Shown: positions 31,004-40,493 of the stretch, in pieces
Numbering within the stretch: position 1 is the stretch's first letter
How the letters are laid out: every line of letters begins with the position of its first letter
DNA from: Deltaproteobacteria bacterium
GTDB lineage: Bacteria; Desulfobacterota; Binatia; UBA12015
NCBI GenBank assembly: GCA_046583355.1
Contig: JAYGCM010000010.1
Span: 1-64,000, forward strand
Length of the DNA stretch: 64,000 nucleotides
Direction: 5' to 3'
Made by a program: the position numbers and the translations under genes
Notes under the pieces: generated by a model
Seen by the model: only the letters and a program-made list of their open reading frames with translations
What the model was told of the DNA's origin: nothing
Database searches by the model: none

Positions 31004-31866
31004 CGGATCTCGTAGGTGAGGGTTCGGGGCTCGCCGCCACGCAGAACGTCGACGCTGAGTTGGCTCTCGCCCTTCAATTCTTCCAGCAGGCCCAGGGCGC
31101 GTGCGGGATCGTTCAGGTCCATGCCGTTCACTCTTTGTACCACATCGTTGTTCTTCAAACCCAGTTTCTGAAAGAGGCTGTTGCGCCGGATGGCGAAGAT
31201 GCGAAACCCGTCAGCGACACCGTCGGTCATATTCGGCACCGCGCGCATCTGGGTGAAGAGGTTGGAGAGGTTGTTCAATTGGTTCTCGACCTCGGCCTCG
31301 GCGATCATCCAGCGGTCGTCGCCCAACTCACGGATATTTTCGTCGCGCACCGAGCCAGTGGCTCTGGTGGCGGTTTTCCTGGCGGCTTCTACAGCCATAT
31401 CGGCAGGAACCAAGAGCAATTCTTCGTTGCCGTCGCGTATCAGGATGGCGCGCCGCCAGCCGACCTCCTTGAGCTTGGCGCCGTCGATCTCCTCGCCGAT
31501 GCCCAGGACGATCTGCTCCTTGCCGTTCTTTTTCTCGACGATGGCGTAGCCGGCCGCACCGGCGCCACCCGTCCCGAGTAGCTTGAGGTTGCTCGGGCCC
31601 CGTTGCAGCACGCCACCGACGTGCAGGCTTTCGCTCTCGTCGCCGGGCGCGGCGAAGAGGTCGCGCCGGGCCATCGCGAGATAATCCGTTACCGGTCGGA
31701 CCTGGGCGGTCTCGGCTTTACGGGTGGTAGCGGCAGCGGCTGCTCCGGTTTCCCGGCTGAGCCTGCGCGCGACCACGCTGGTCACGCTGGTTGCGAGAGC
31801 CCAGGCGGCGATGGCAAGCAGGGCCAGTTGGCCAGCGACCCACCAGGGGCGACGGATCCGTGTCAT
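31000..31866 (-). CDS. gspC: T2SS protein GspC with PDZ domain
   Basis: TM helix, HR domain (LKLLGT), PDZ domain (GFRIF, LGLKNNDVVQRVNG, VLRGG). Confidence 0.9.
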   Translation of the reverse strand: MTRIRRPWWVAGQLALLAIAAWALATSVTSVVARRLSRETGAAAAATTRKAETAQVRPVTDYLAMARRDLFAAPGDESESLHVGGVLQRGPSNLKLLGTGGAGAAGYAIVEKKNGKEQIVLGIGEEIDGAKLKEVGWRRAILIRDGNEELLLVPADMAVEAARKTATRATGSVRDENIRELGDDRWMIAEAEVENQLNNLSNLFTQMRAVPNMTDGVADGFRIFAIRRNSLFQKLGLKNNDVVQRVNGMDLNDPARALGLLEELKGESQLSVDVLRGGEPRTLTYEIR

Positions 31867-32003
31867 CACGAGTATCCACGAATATGCCAACGCCGCTGAG
31901 GGTGCAACGTGTCCGTCGGCTGGCGGGGCGGCCTGATGGAGTATAGTAGACGCTTGGATGTCTGCTTCCCGTTGGGAGTAGTGAAACTGAAGTACGAGGC
32001 ACC

Positions 32004-33485
32004 GTGAGCGAAGACGATCTGACCCAAGCGCGGCGCGCCAAGCTCGATGAGCTGCGCGTGGCAGGTAACGCCTACCCGAATTCCTTCCGCCCCGAGCATA
32101 AGGCGGGCCTTCTGCAGACCGAAGCCGAGGCCGATACGGCCGAGACGCTGGAGGCCGCGGCCCGCCAGGTCTGCGTGGCGGGCCGGGTGATGGCAAAGCG
32201 CAGCTTCGGCAAGGCGCTTTTCCTCGTCCTGGAAGACGAAAGTGGTCGGATTCAGGCCTATTTGCGCAAGAACGACCTACCGGAAGAGGTCTTCGCTCTG
32301 GCCAAGGCAACCGATGTGGGCGACCGCATCGGCGTGCGCGGCCGTCTCATGCGTACCCGTACGGGTGAGCTGACAGTGGCTGCCGCCGAGATGGAGTTGA
32401 TTGCCAAATGCCTCCATCCGCTGCCCGAGAAATGGCATGGCCTCACCGATGTCGAGGTGCGCTACCGGCAGCGTTATCTGGACCTGATCGCCACGCCGGG
32501 TGGGCGCGACGCGTTCCGCAAGCGCGCCAAGGTGATGGCGGGCATCCGCGATTTTCTGAACCAACGTGATTTTGTCGAGGTGGAAACCCCGATTCTCCAG
32601 ACCGTGGCGGGCGGGGCGGCGGCCCGACCTTTTCTGACCAAGCACAATACGCTCGATATGGACCTGCAATTGCGGATCGCACCCGAGCTCTTCCTCAAGC
32701 GCCTGCTGGTCGGTGGCTTTGAGCGTGTCTACGAGATCGGGCGGAATTTCCGCAACGAGGGCATCTCGACGCGGCATAACCCCGAGTTCACGATGCTGGA
32801 GTTCTACCAGGCCTATGCGACCTGCGACGACCTTCTACCGATGGTCGAGACTCTGGTGGCGGGCCTGGCCGAGGCCGTGGCCGGGGGCACTCGCATTCCC
32901 TGCGGCGAGGGCGAGCTTGACCTGACGCCGCCCTGGACCCGCTTGGACCTGCTCACGGCTACCGCCGAGAAGGCCGGCTGTTCGACCGACGACCTGCGCG
33001 ACGACGCCAAGGCCGTCGCGGTGGCCGCGCGCCATCATGTGAAGCCGCCTCCGGGGGCGCATGCCGGTGGGATCGCGACCGCACTCTTCGAGGAGCTGGT
33101 CGAACCGACCTTGATGGAGCCCACCTTCGTTACGGGTTTTCCCGCCGAAGTCTCGCCGCTGGCGCGCCCGAACGACGACGACCCGTTTCTGGTCGACCGC
33201 TTCGAGCTCTATTGCCAGCAGCGCGAGATCGCCAACGGCTTCTCCGAGTTGAACGACCCGGATCTGCAACGCGAGCGTTTCGAGGCCCAGCTGGAGAGTC
33301 GGGCCTCGGGCGATGACGAGGCGCATCCGATGGACGAAGATTATGTCCATGCGCTGGAATACGCGATGCCGCATGCGGCCGGTTGCGGAATCGGTATTGA
33401 CCGGCTGGTGATGCTGCTCTGCGGTCTGCCGTCGATTCGCGATGTCATCCTTTTCCCCTTGCTGCGCAAGGCTGCGACGGAGTAG
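32004..33485 (+). CDS. lysS: Lysine--tRNA ligase (class II)
   Basis: LPEKWHGL, YRQRYLDL, GGAAARPF, LRIAPEL, FRNEG, GIGIDRL. Confidence 0.99.
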   Translation: MSEDDLTQARRAKLDELRVAGNAYPNSFRPEHKAGLLQTEAEADTAETLEAAARQVCVAGRVMAKRSFGKALFLVLEDESGRIQAYLRKNDLPEEVFALAKATDVGDRIGVRGRLMRTRTGELTVAAAEMELIAKCLHPLPEKWHGLTDVEVRYRQRYLDLIATPGGRDAFRKRAKVMAGIRDFLNQRDFVEVETPILQTVAGGAAARPFLTKHNTLDMDLQLRIAPELFLKRLLVGGFERVYEIGRNFRNEGISTRHNPEFTMLEFYQAYATCDDLLPMVETLVAGLAEAVAGGTRIPCGEGELDLTPPWTRLDLLTATAEKAGCSTDDLRDDAKAVAVAARHHVKPPPGAHAGGIATALFEELVEPTLMEPTFVTGFPAEVSPLARPNDDDPFLVDRFELYCQQREIANGFSELNDPDLQRERFEAQLESRASGDDEAHPMDEDYVHALEYAMPHAAGCGIGIDRLVMLLCGLPSIRDVILFPLLRKAATE

Positions 33486-33493
33486 GCGGTTTT

Positions 33494-34771
33494 ATGGAGC
33501 GAGGCTTTATTCCTTGGCCCTTGCGCGTAGGCTGGCGCTTTTTGCGCGCCCGGCGTCGCGAGCGCTTCGTCTCGGTGATCGCCCTGATTGCCGGCGGTGG
33601 TGTGGCGATCGGCGTCATGACGCTTTGTATCGTCCTCGCCGTCATGACGGGTTTTGAGGAGGATCTGCGCGAGCGCATTCTCGGCTTCAATCCGCAGATC
33701 GTGCTGATGAGCCACGGCGGTATGGTGCAGGACAGCGCCGCACTCGAAGCGCTGGTCGAGACCGTGCCGGGTGTCGCCGCGGCCGCACCCTTTATCTACG
33801 GCCAGGTCATGCTCACCAGCGATACTGGCGTGGTCGGGGGCATCGTGCGTGGCGTCGAGCAGGCGCAACTCGACGATGTGGTCAAGATCCGTCGCCATAT
33901 CACCCAGGGTACGATCGATACGCTCGGCGAACGCACGTCGGTGGAGGTTTATATCGACGGCGAGGCCGAACGCATCGAGGTCTCGCAGATCGTCCTGGGC
34001 TTCGAGTTGGCCGCCACGCTGGGCGTGCGCGTGGGCGATTGGGTGAATGTGATGTCGCCGGCCGCCACCGCCACCGCATTGGGTGCCGTGCCGCGCGTGA
34101 AACGTTTTGCCGTTGCCGGTCTCTTCGATTCCGGGATGTACGATTACGACTCGACCGTGCTTTTCCTCTCGCTGGGCGACGCACAGCGTTTTCTCAAGAT
34201 GGGCGGGAACGTCACGGGCCTTGAGGTGCGGGTCGAGGATATCGACGAGACCCGTGCCGTGGCACGCTCGATCGAGGAGGCCGCCGGCTTCCCGATCTAT
34301 GCGCGCGATTGGATGGAGGTGAACCGCAACCTCTTTATGGCCTTCGAGTTGGAGAAGCTGGTGCAATTCATCGTCCTGCTCCTGATTGTGCTGGTGGCGG
34401 CTTTCAATATTGCCGCCACGCTCATCATGGTGGTGATGGAGAAGCGCAAGGATATCGCGGTACTCAAAGCCATGGGCGCGACCAATGCGGCCGTCGCCGC
34501 GATCTTCATCTTCAAAGGAGCCCTGATCGGCGTGACCGGGACGCTGGTGGGCGTGGTCGGTGGCCTGGTCGGGTCGCTGTTGTTGGAGCGTTATGAGTTC
34601 ATTGAGCTGCCCAAAGATGTCTTCTATGTCTCGACCGTGCCGATCCGCCTGGAACTCGAGAATTTCCTCGCCGTAGCCGGCGCCAGTATCCTGATTTGTA
34701 TCCTCGCAACTATTTATCCCGCCCGGCAGGCCGCGCGTCTCGCTCCTGTCGAAGTGATTCGCTACGAGTGA
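33494..34771 (+). CDS. lolE: Lipoprotein-releasing ABC transporter permease (single LolC/E-type)
   Basis: VLAVMTGF, LVAAFNI, VMEKRKDIAVLKAMGA, YPARQAA, IRYE. Confidence 0.9.
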   Translation: MERGFIPWPLRVGWRFLRARRRERFVSVIALIAGGGVAIGVMTLCIVLAVMTGFEEDLRERILGFNPQIVLMSHGGMVQDSAALEALVETVPGVAAAAPFIYGQVMLTSDTGVVGGIVRGVEQAQLDDVVKIRRHITQGTIDTLGERTSVEVYIDGEAERIEVSQIVLGFELAATLGVRVGDWVNVMSPAATATALGAVPRVKRFAVAGLFDSGMYDYDSTVLFLSLGDAQRFLKMGGNVTGLEVRVEDIDETRAVARSIEEAAGFPIYARDWMEVNRNLFMAFELEKLVQFIVLLLIVLVAAFNIAATLIMVVMEKRKDIAVLKAMGATNAAVAAIFIFKGALIGVTGTLVGVVGGLVGSLLLERYEFIELPKDVFYVSTVPIRLELENFLAVAGASILICILATIYPARQAARLAPVEVIRYE

Positions 34772-34781
34772 CCAGCGATTC

Positions 34782-35465
34782 GTGGGGGAGGGCATGCATA
34801 TCGAGGCGCGGGGGCTCGTCAAAGAGTTTCGCGATGGCTCGCGCGAGGTTCGGGTTCTCTCGGACGTGACGTTCAGCGTGGCGCCGGGCGAGCGTATTGC
34901 CGTGGTCGGTGATTCCGGCGTGGGCAAGAGCACTTTGCTGCATATCCTGGGCGGCCTGGACCGCCCGACCCGCGGTGAGGTTCGGATTGGTGATATCGAT
35001 CTGGCCGCCTGCGATGAGAAGGAACTCGCCCGTATGCGCAACGAGCGCATCGGATTTGTCTTTCAATTCCACCATCTTCTGCCGGATTTCACGGCACTCG
35101 AAAATGTCATGATGCCGAGTCTGATTGCCGGCCTGTCGCCGGCCGAAGCCCGCGAACTTGCCGTCGGGCTGCTCGATCGGGTCGGTTTGCACTCGCGTCT
35201 GACGCACCGTCCCGGCGAGTTGAGTGGTGGCGAGCAGCAACGCGTTGCGGTGGCACGCGCAATCGTGCGCGGCCCGGCGCTTGTGCTGGCCGACGAGCCC
35301 ACCGGCAATCTCGATCCGGGGACGGCGGAAGAAATCGAAGCGTTGCTGGTAGAACTCAACCGCGACGACGGAATCACATTCGTGATCGTGACCCATAGTG
35401 AACGGCTCGCTGCATCGATGGACCGCCGGCTGGTTCTCCGGGACGGAAGGCTGGAGGCCACATGA
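34782..35465 (+). CDS. lolD: Lipoprotein-releasing ABC transporter ATPase
   Basis: GDSGVGKS, LolD motif GFVFQFHHLL, LSGGEQQR, DEPTGNLD. Confidence 0.94.
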   Translation: MGEGMHIEARGLVKEFRDGSREVRVLSDVTFSVAPGERIAVVGDSGVGKSTLLHILGGLDRPTRGEVRIGDIDLAACDEKELARMRNERIGFVFQFHHLLPDFTALENVMMPSLIAGLSPAEARELAVGLLDRVGLHSRLTHRPGELSGGEQQRVAVARAIVRGPALVLADEPTGNLDPGTAEEIEALLVELNRDDGITFVIVTHSERLAASMDRRLVLRDGRLEAT

Positions 35466-37834
35466 TCCGCAATTTCCGAGGGTGCCTTGAGGGGCTCTTT
35501 TTCTGTCTCGGTGCGTTCTTGCTCGTGGCCGCCACGCCGGTGCATGCGGCGGGACCGATCATCTCGAAGATCGAAGTGCGCGGCAATGACCGGGTCGATA
35601 TGCACGCGATTCTGCTCAACGCGCGTACCCGTGCCGGCGATACCTACGAGGCTGCCGCCATGGACCGCGACCTGCGCTCGGTCTGGCGGATGGGCTTCTT
35701 TGAAGACATCCTCATCCACCTCGAGCGGACGCCGGGACGTACAGGCTATGTGACGATGGTCGTCGAGGTGGTGGAGCGGCCGCTGATCGACGCCGTCGTG
35801 CTCGAAGGCGACCACGAGATCGATGAGCAGAAGCTCGACCACGCCCTCGGCGTGCGCGCGCGAACGATCTATGACCCCGAGAAGGTCCGCCAGGGAATTC
35901 TTCGTGCCGACAAGCTCTTCGAGGAGGAGGGCTACCTCGACGCGAAGATCACGACGCGGCTCGATCCCGGCGCGAAGCTCGGCGAAGTCGAACTGGTCTA
36001 TGAGCTCGATCCGGGGAACCCGGTGCGGGTCGGCGATATCATCTTTGAAGGCAATGAGGAGTTCAGCGGGCGCCAATTGCGCGGCGTGATGGAGACCAAG
36101 GAGGCCTGGTTCCTCTCTTGGCTCTTCGACTCCGGGATGCTCAAAAACGAGATCCTCGAGACGGACCTCGAGCGCATCAAGGCATATTATTACGATAACG
36201 GTTACGTCAACGTTCGAATTGACAAGCCGGAGATCGACCGCAAAGAAGACGCCATCGATATTCGGATCAAGATCGATGAGGGCGAGCAATTCCACTTCGG
36301 CCAGATCCGCTTCGTCGGCGACACGCAGACCGACAAGCCCATGGAAGAGTCCGAACTCTTCGAGCATATCCAGAGCGAATCGGGCGGCGTCTTCCGCGCC
36401 AGCCACCTGCGCAAGGATGTGGAATCGCTGACGGATTTCTTCGGCGACCAAGGCTACGCCTTTGCCAACGTCGAGCCCGAGACGACGATTCTGGCCGAGG
36501 AGAAGGCCGTTGATGTTCGTTTCCGGATCGACACGGGCAAGCCGGTGAAGATCGGCCGCATCGAAATCACCGGCAATACCAAGACCCGTGACAAGGTGAT
36601 CCGCCGCGAGTTGAAGGTCGACGAGCAGGAGACCTTCTCGGCCACCAAGCTCAAGAAGAGCAAAGATGCGCTCAACCGCATGGGCTTCTTCCAGGGCGTG
36701 AATGTCACCACCCGGCAATCGGGCAACCCCGACGAGATCAATCTCCTTGTCGATGTGAAGGAGGGCTCGACCGGCACCTTCAGCGCCGGCGCGGGCTTCA
36801 GTTCCGACGATCGCTTCCTCTTCAATATCCGGATCTCCGAGAACAATCTTCTCGGGCGCGGCCTGCGCGTCGTCCTGAACGCCGACGTCGGCACGATCCG
36901 GCGCAATATCTACATCTCAGCGACCGACCCCTATTTCCTCGATACGCAATTATTCACCTCGGTGACGCTCTTTGATTACCGCCTTGAGTTCCCGGATTTC
37001 TCGCGCGAGGCAATCGGCCTCTCGGTGCGGGCGCTCTATCCCTTCGAGGCATTGGGCATCAGCCATGTCGGCTGGTTCGACCTCTCGGATAGTCGCATCG
37101 GACTCGAATACCGTTTGGAGCAGGCGCAGATCGGCAATGTCTCGATCTTTGCACCGCCCAGCGTCTATGCCTCGCGCGGCCGCGAGGTGATCTCCTCGAT
37201 CGCTCCGTCGTTCCTGCGCAATACTCTGAATCACGCCTTTGATCCGACCGAGGGCTCCTACCAGGATATCTCGTTCGAGTTTGCCGGGATCGGCGGCAAT
37301 ACGACTTATTTCCGAGCCGAAATGCGGGCGCGTTGGTTTATTCCCTTGCTGCAGGTCGGTTCGCTGGGGCCCCTGGTCTTCTCGACCGGCGGGCGCTTCG
37401 GTTGGGGCATCGGCGAAGACGGCCTCTCGGGCCGCGAAATTCCGCTGATCGAGCGCTATTTCCCCGGCGGCATCAATAGTGTGCGCGGCTTTGAGGTCCG
37501 GACTCTCGGGCCGCGCGAAAATGTCTACGGTACGCAGGGCGGATATCTCGGCAGCGAGCCTATCGGCGGCACCAACCAGCTGATCGTGCAAAGCGAGTTC
37601 ATCATCCCCTTGGTGCCGCAGCTCGGACTGCGTGGCGTCATCTTCTTCGATATGGGCAACGCATGGTTGCAGCGCGACGGTATCGATTTCGGGAACCTCC
37701 GCTATTCGGTGGGTGGCGGCGTCCGTTGGCTCTCGCCCTTCGGACCGTTACGGATTGAGTTGGGTGTTCCCCTGAACCTCGGGCCGAATGAAGAATCGGA
37801 AGGAATCCTCTTCTCGTTCGGCGCACCTCTTTAA
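35462..37834 (+). CDS. bamA: Outer-membrane protein assembly factor BamA
   Basis: Signal peptide, POTRA repeats, GNTKTRDKVIRRE, VRGF, WLSPFGP. Confidence 0.97.
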   Translation: MIRNFRGCLEGLFFCLGAFLLVAATPVHAAGPIISKIEVRGNDRVDMHAILLNARTRAGDTYEAAAMDRDLRSVWRMGFFEDILIHLERTPGRTGYVTMVVEVVERPLIDAVVLEGDHEIDEQKLDHALGVRARTIYDPEKVRQGILRADKLFEEEGYLDAKITTRLDPGAKLGEVELVYELDPGNPVRVGDIIFEGNEEFSGRQLRGVMETKEAWFLSWLFDSGMLKNEILETDLERIKAYYYDNGYVNVRIDKPEIDRKEDAIDIRIKIDEGEQFHFGQIRFVGDTQTDKPMEESELFEHIQSESGGVFRASHLRKDVESLTDFFGDQGYAFANVEPETTILAEEKAVDVRFRIDTGKPVKIGRIEITGNTKTRDKVIRRELKVDEQETFSATKLKKSKDALNRMGFFQGVNVTTRQSGNPDEINLLVDVKEGSTGTFSAGAGFSSDDRFLFNIRISENNLLGRGLRVVLNADVGTIRRNIYISATDPYFLDTQLFTSVTLFDYRLEFPDFSREAIGLSVRALYPFEALGISHVGWFDLSDSRIGLEYRLEQAQIGNVSIFAPPSVYASRGREVISSIAPSFLRNTLNHAFDPTEGSYQDISFEFAGIGGNTTYFRAEMRARWFIPLLQVGSLGPLVFSTGGRFGWGIGEDGLSGREIPLIERYFPGGINSVRGFEVRTLGPRENVYGTQGGYLGSEPIGGTNQLIVQSEFIIPLVPQLGLRGVIFFDMGNAWLQRDGIDFGNLRYSVGGGVRWLSPFGPLRIELGVPLNLGPNEESEGILFSFGAPL

Positions 37835-37853
37835 GTTGGAAGGAATGAAACAA

Positions 37854-38375
37854 ATGAATCGTATTCAGACACTCGTCGCTGTCCTCGTGGCAGGACTCAT
37901 CAGCACCGCCGGTATCGCTTCGGCTCAGTCGAAGGTCGGCTTTGTGAACCTGCAGCGCGCCGTGGCGGAGTCCGCCACCGGCAAGGCCGAGATGGGCAAA
38001 TTCCAAAAAGAGGTCGAGAAGCTCCGCGCCGAGATCGAGGCCGAGCAAAAGGAACTCGAAGCCCTCAAGCTCGAAATCGAGCGCAAGGCTGTCGTGATGA
38101 AGGAAGATGAGCGTCGCAAGCTCATCACCGACTTCGAGCATAAGCAAATCGATTTCAAGCGCAAAGTCGAAGAGACCCAGGTTGATCTTCAGGCGAAGAA
38201 TCAGACCGTCGTGAGCGCGCTCCTGCAGAAGCTCCAGCAGATCATCATCAAGGTGGGCACAGAGGGTGGCTATACCGGCATCTTCGATTCGGGCGGCGCG
38301 CAGGTGCTCTTTGCCGACCCCGCGAGCGAGCTGACCGATGAGGTCATCAAGGCGTTCGACGCGGACTTGAAATAG
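37854..38375 (+). CDS. skp: Periplasmic chaperone Skp/OmpH
   Basis: Signal peptide, KVGFVN, long coiled coil, ELTDEVIK. Follows bamA (alternative start 37845). Confidence 0.9.
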   Translation: MNRIQTLVAVLVAGLISTAGIASAQSKVGFVNLQRAVAESATGKAEMGKFQKEVEKLRAEIEAEQKELEALKLEIERKAVVMKEDERRKLITDFEHKQIDFKRKVEETQVDLQAKNQTVVSALLQKLQQIIIKVGTEGGYTGIFDSGGAQVLFADPASELTDEVIKAFDADLK

Positions 38376-38387
38376 GCGCAACCGGCC

Positions 38388-39659
38388 TTGTCGGATATAA
38401 AGATCTCGCCGGTCCAGCTCCTGCCGCACCGCTATCCGTTTCTTCTGATTGATCGGGTAGTCGAGATCGAGCCGGGCAAACGGATCGTCGCGATCAAGAA
38501 TATCACGCGTAACGAGCCGCAATTCACCGGGCATTTCCCGGAACGGCCGATCATGCCGGGTGTGCTGCTTTGCGAGGCGATGGCGCAGGCCGGTGGGTTG
38601 CTGGTTTCGGCGACGGTCAACGGCAGCCTCGAATTGGCGGCGGCGGCCGAAGAACTCTTTTTGGTTCTGACCACATTGGACCAGGTCCGTTTTCGGCGCC
38701 AGGTGGTGCCGGGCGATCAGGTCGAGATCGAGGTCGAGTTGGTGCGCAAGCATCGGCCGCTGTGGAAGCTCAAGGGCCGCGCGATGGTCGAGGGCCAACT
38801 CGCTGCGCAGGCTGAGTTCTCTGCGGTCGAGGTCGACCCCGACGAGGGCCCGGCGCGCAAGGAAATACGGACCGTGCCCTCGGCCGATGTGCACCCGACG
38901 GCTGTCGTCGCGCGTGGCGCAAAGCTCGAAGAAGGGGTGGTCGTCGGTCCCTATTCGATCATCGGCGAGCATGTCCACCTCGGTCGCGGCACGCAGGTCG
39001 GGCCGCATGCGACCATCGAGGGCAATACGACGCTGGGTGAAGATTGTGTGATCTCGCCGTATGCCAGCGTTGGCTCGGTGCCGCAGGACAAGAAATTCCA
39101 CGGCGAGAATAGCCGTCTGGTGGTTGGCGCACGCAACCGTATTCGCGAATACGCGACGCTCAGCGTGGGCACCGAAGATGGCGGCATGGTCACGACGGTC
39201 GGCGACGATAACCTCTTCATGAACTTCAGCCACGTCGCGCATGATTGCGTGATCGGCAACCATTGCATTCTCGCCAACGGCGCCCAATTGGCCGGTCATG
39301 TGACGGTCGAGAATCACGCGATCATCTCCGGTCTGGCTGCGATCGCGCAATTCTCGCGGATCGGTGAGTCGGCCTTTCTCGGCGGTGGCACCATGGTGGT
39401 AAAAGATGTGCCGCCCTTCTGCCTGGCCAACGGGGACCGCGCGAAGCTCACCGGCCTCAATGTCGTCGGCCTGGAGAGGCGCGGCTTCTCGGCCGAACAG
39501 GTGCTCGAGCTGAAACAGGCATATCGTTCGCTTTTCCGCTCCGGCGCATTGGCTAAAGATGCGATTGCGGAGATCCGCCGGGATCTGCCGGACTCGGCGC
39601 GTGCCGGCCAGTTGGCGGATTTCGTGGCCGCGAGCGAACGCGGCGTGACGCGCCCGTAG
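38388..39659 (+). CDS. lpxA: Fusion of 3-hydroxyacyl-ACP dehydratase FabZ and UDP-GlcNAc acyltransferase LpxA
   Basis: aa 1 to about 150 are FabZ ([17 protein letters not shown]49, E63 AMAQ). From about aa 165 it is LpxA (VHPTA, hexapeptide repeats, PQDKKF, HVAHDC, DVPPF, GLNVVGL, RG). No stop between them. Confidence 0.95.
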   Translation: MSDIKISPVQLLPHRYPFLLIDRVVEIEPGKRIVAIKNITRNEPQFTGHFPERPIMPGVLLCEAMAQAGGLLVSATVNGSLELAAAAEELFLVLTTLDQVRFRRQVVPGDQVEIEVELVRKHRPLWKLKGRAMVEGQLAAQAEFSAVEVDPDEGPARKEIRTVPSADVHPTAVVARGAKLEEGVVVGPYSIIGEHVHLGRGTQVGPHATIEGNTTLGEDCVISPYASVGSVPQDKKFHGENSRLVVGARNRIREYATLSVGTEDGGMVTTVGDDNLFMNFSHVAHDCVIGNHCILANGAQLAGHVTVENHAIISGLAAIAQFSRIGESAFLGGGTMVVKDVPPFCLANGDRAKLTGLNVVGLERRGFSAEQVLELKQAYRSLFRSGALAKDAIAEIRRDLPDSARAGQLADFVAASERGVTRP

Positions 39660-40493
39660 GTGTCGGAATTGGCCGAGAAGAAGCTCGCCTTAATCGCCGG
39701 CAACGGGGTATTTCCCGTGCTGGTGGCTCGTGGTGCGAAAGCCGCCGGGGTTGAGGTCGTGGCGGTTGCGCACCGAGGCGAGACCGACCCGTCCATCGAA
39801 GACGAGGTTGCCGAGGTGACCTGGGTGAAGGTCGGCGAGCTTGGCCGCACCATTCGTACCTTCGTTGCTGCGGGCTGCGACCACGCCGTTTTGGCAGGAG
39901 GGATCGGCAAGGTGCGCGCTTTGAGCGATGTGCGGCCGGATCTCCGCGGTGCGGCGTTACTCCTGAAGACGCGCACGCTCAAGGACGATCGGCTGCTGCG
40001 CGGCATTGCGGACGAATTGAGCAAGGACGGGCTCCCCGTGGTCTCCTCGACGCGCTACCTGCCCGAGTTGGTGCCCCAGCCAGGTGCCTTGACGCGCAAG
40101 GCACCGGGGCGCGCTGCGCTGGAAGATATCGCGCTCGGTCGTCGCGTGCTGGCGGCCACCGGCGCCTTCGAGATCGGCCAGAGCGTGGTGGTCAAGGGTG
40201 GGTTGGTCTACGCCCTGGAAGCTGTGGAGGGCACGGATGCAGCGATCCGTCGCGGCGGCGAGGCGGCCCATGGCGGCGCCATCGTCGTGAAAGCTGCCAA
40301 GCCCGAGCAGGATCTACGCTTCGATGTCCCGGCCATCGGGCCTGGCACCATCGTGCAGATGCAGGAAGTCGGCGCTGTGGTTCTGGCCATCGAGGCCGGG
40401 CGTACCATCGTTCTGGACAGGCCGGCGGTAGTGGCCGCGGCCGAAGCGGCGGGGATTCGCGTCTTCGCCTTCGACCCCGAGGAGAAACCATGA
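39660..40493 (+). CDS. lpxI: UDP-2,3-diacylglucosamine diphosphatase LpxI
   Basis: LIAGNGVFP, IGQSVVV, EAVEGTD, KPEQDLRFDVPAIG. Confidence 0.93.
   Translation: MSELAEKKLALIAGNGVFPVLVARGAKAAGVEVVAVAHRGETDPSIEDEVAEVTWVKVGELGRTIRTFVAAGCDHAVLAGGIGKVRALSDVRPDLRGAALLLKTRTLKDDRLLRGIADELSKDGLPVVSSTRYLPELVPQPGALTRKAPGRAALEDIALGRRVLAATGAFEIGQSVVVKGGLVYALEAVEGTDAAIRRGGEAAHGGAIVVKAAKPEQDLRFDVPAIGPGTIVQMQEVGAVVLAIEAGRTIVLDRPAVVAAAEAAGIRVFAFDPEEKP

Noticed and set aside
15557..31866. Type IV pilus or competence system interpretation
   Set aside because: GspC with PDZ, GspD, GspG, GspK and GspN signatures and the lack of PilT indicate a T2SS.
31915..31950. TATAGT as a -10 element for lysS
   Set aside because: Plausible, but there is no convincing -35 at proper spacing, so it is not reported as a feature.
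31867..32310. Long N-terminal extension of gspC in the ORF track; similar extensions on hldC, gspI, gspK, the DapB-like gene, pheA and hisC
   Set aside because: They overlap neighbouring genes or intergenic DNA and are Arg/Pro-rich noise; downstream starts fit the families better.
37638..39350. 570-aa minus-strand ORF
   Set aside because: Antisense to bamA, skp and fabZ-lpxA, which are well supported; no domain signal.
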